In this document: piece after piece, positions 62,901 to 64,000 of the stretch
How positions within the stretch are numbered: the stretch's first letter is position 1
How the letters are laid out: each line of letters opens with the position of its first letter
Origin: Histomonas meleagridis 2922-C6/04-290x
Taxonomy: Eukaryota > Protista > Parabasalia
DNA length: 64,000 nucleotides
Assembly (NCBI GenBank): GCA_020184695.1
Contig: JAANOX010000017.1
Coordinates: 124,001 to 188,000, forward strand
Direction of reading: 5' to 3'
The notes under the pieces: generated by a model
Seen by the model: the letters and a program-made list of their open reading frames with translations, nothing else
Database searches by the model: none
What the model was told of the DNA's origin: nothing
Made by a program: the position numbers and the translations under genes

Positions 62901-64000
62901 TGTCAATTTCTTTACGTTCAAGAAGTAATTTAACTATTTCACAATAACCATTGATAGATGCTAAAATAAGAGCTGTATTAAATATTTTTAGTTAACACCA
63001 AAATTATATTTTAAATTCGAAATTAATAAGATAAATTTTAATTAAAATAAAATAAAATCATGTAAATTGACATCAATCTTTTTATGATTAAGAAGTAATT
63101 TAACAATTCCGATATAGTTATTTTTAATAGCAAACATTAGTGCTGTGTAAAATAGTTTAATTAATTACCAGTTATTATAATGAAATTTTATTTGATTTAA
63201 AGAAAAATTAAAACTAACAAATAAAAATTTGCTGCATTCACATTAATCCTTTTATAATTAACAAGCAATTTAACGATTTCAATGTATCCATTTTGTGCTG
63301 CATCAATAAGTGCTGTCCAAAATAATATGTAAATATTCTAAATATTAAAAAGAAACTCCAAATAATTAAAATCTAAAATTAAAATAAAGAAAGAAAAATT
63401 TACTGCATTAACATTAATTCTTTTCTGCTCAAGAAGTAATTTAACAATTTCAATGTTATTATTATGAACTGCCATAAAAAATGCAGTATAAAATCTATCA
63501 AATGAATTCCAAAAATGTTATTGAAATTCCAAATGATAAAAACGATTTATGTTTTTTTCATTTATTTTAATACTTCTTTGTTCAAGAAGAAATTTAACTA
63601 CATCAAAATAACCTTCACTACATGCAACAATTAATGGTGTATAAAATTATCAAAATAAATTTTATTACATATTTTAAAACTCCAAATTATTAAAATATTT
63701 TTTACTAAATACAATGAAACATATTTTATATTTACATCAAATTTTCCTTTATCAAGAAGTAGTTTAACAATTTCTTTGTTTCCTGATCGAGCTGCTGACA
63801 TTAAAGCCTCTTTTGGTATTTCATTTCCATTTGAAAAATGTTTAAATAGAAATATATTTCCACTTTCGACTGATTCTATTATCAATTCTTTAAAATTTAA
63901 TTTCTTTTCTGTCAAAAAAGACAAAATTTCATAATTGTTATATATAATACATTTTTTAGCTAATTCAGTCAAATCTTCTTCTTTAATGTTTTCATTATCA
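59983..64000 (-). CDS. DUF3447-like + ankyrin gene 4 (5' end outside the window); 23 inserts, about 85 spacers
   Basis: Frame open to position 64000 (DNENIKEEDLTELAKKC...); ankyrin segments at ~170-nt period; TGA at 59985-59983. Confidence 0.85.
60049..63720 (-). other. Twenty-three 17-nt spacer / single-codon clusters
   Basis: Decodes to AN-NKGY, HD-KRGN, KS-NEGK, EG-DDGN, SD-RWGY, RD-ERGN, KD-RNGN, QN-MFGE, KN-NSGN and others. Confidence 0.88.

Overview
AT-rich eukaryotic DNA, most likely from a parabasalid protist (Tritrichomonas/Histomonas-like). This assignment is inferred from intron-free compact genes, the DUF3447-like+ankyrin family, degenerate transmembrane cyclases and a bacterial-type YgeY. 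About 25 ordinary genes, two tRNAs, and dead mariner and MULE transposases are interleaved with at least five ankyrin-repeat genes plus several remnants. The main finding is in those ankyrin genes. Each ~90-nt repeat (TAL...DINAKD) is separated from the next by a stop-containing AT-rich insert that is almost always exactly 80 nt. The insert resolves as four 17-nt spacers, each followed by one codon (4 x (17+3)). Dropping the 17-mers rebuilds textbook ankyrin beta-hairpin loops (KD-KYGK-TAL, KN-DEGN-TPL, HD-KRGN-TAL, KD-VFGR-TAF) in about 55 inserts on both strands, roughly 200 spacers in total. Natural variants differ by whole modules (63 = 3x17+12, 60 = 3x20, 77 = 4x17+9, one- and two-spacer inserts). 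The spacers lack GT-AG ends (loose consensus RTT...ATTT). This points to an apparently undescribed ruler-like system of 17-nt non-canonical micro-introns (or skips) around single-codon micro-exons, placed on the variable binding-loop residues of ankyrin repeats. The DNA pattern is seen directly; the mechanism and its novelty are inference.
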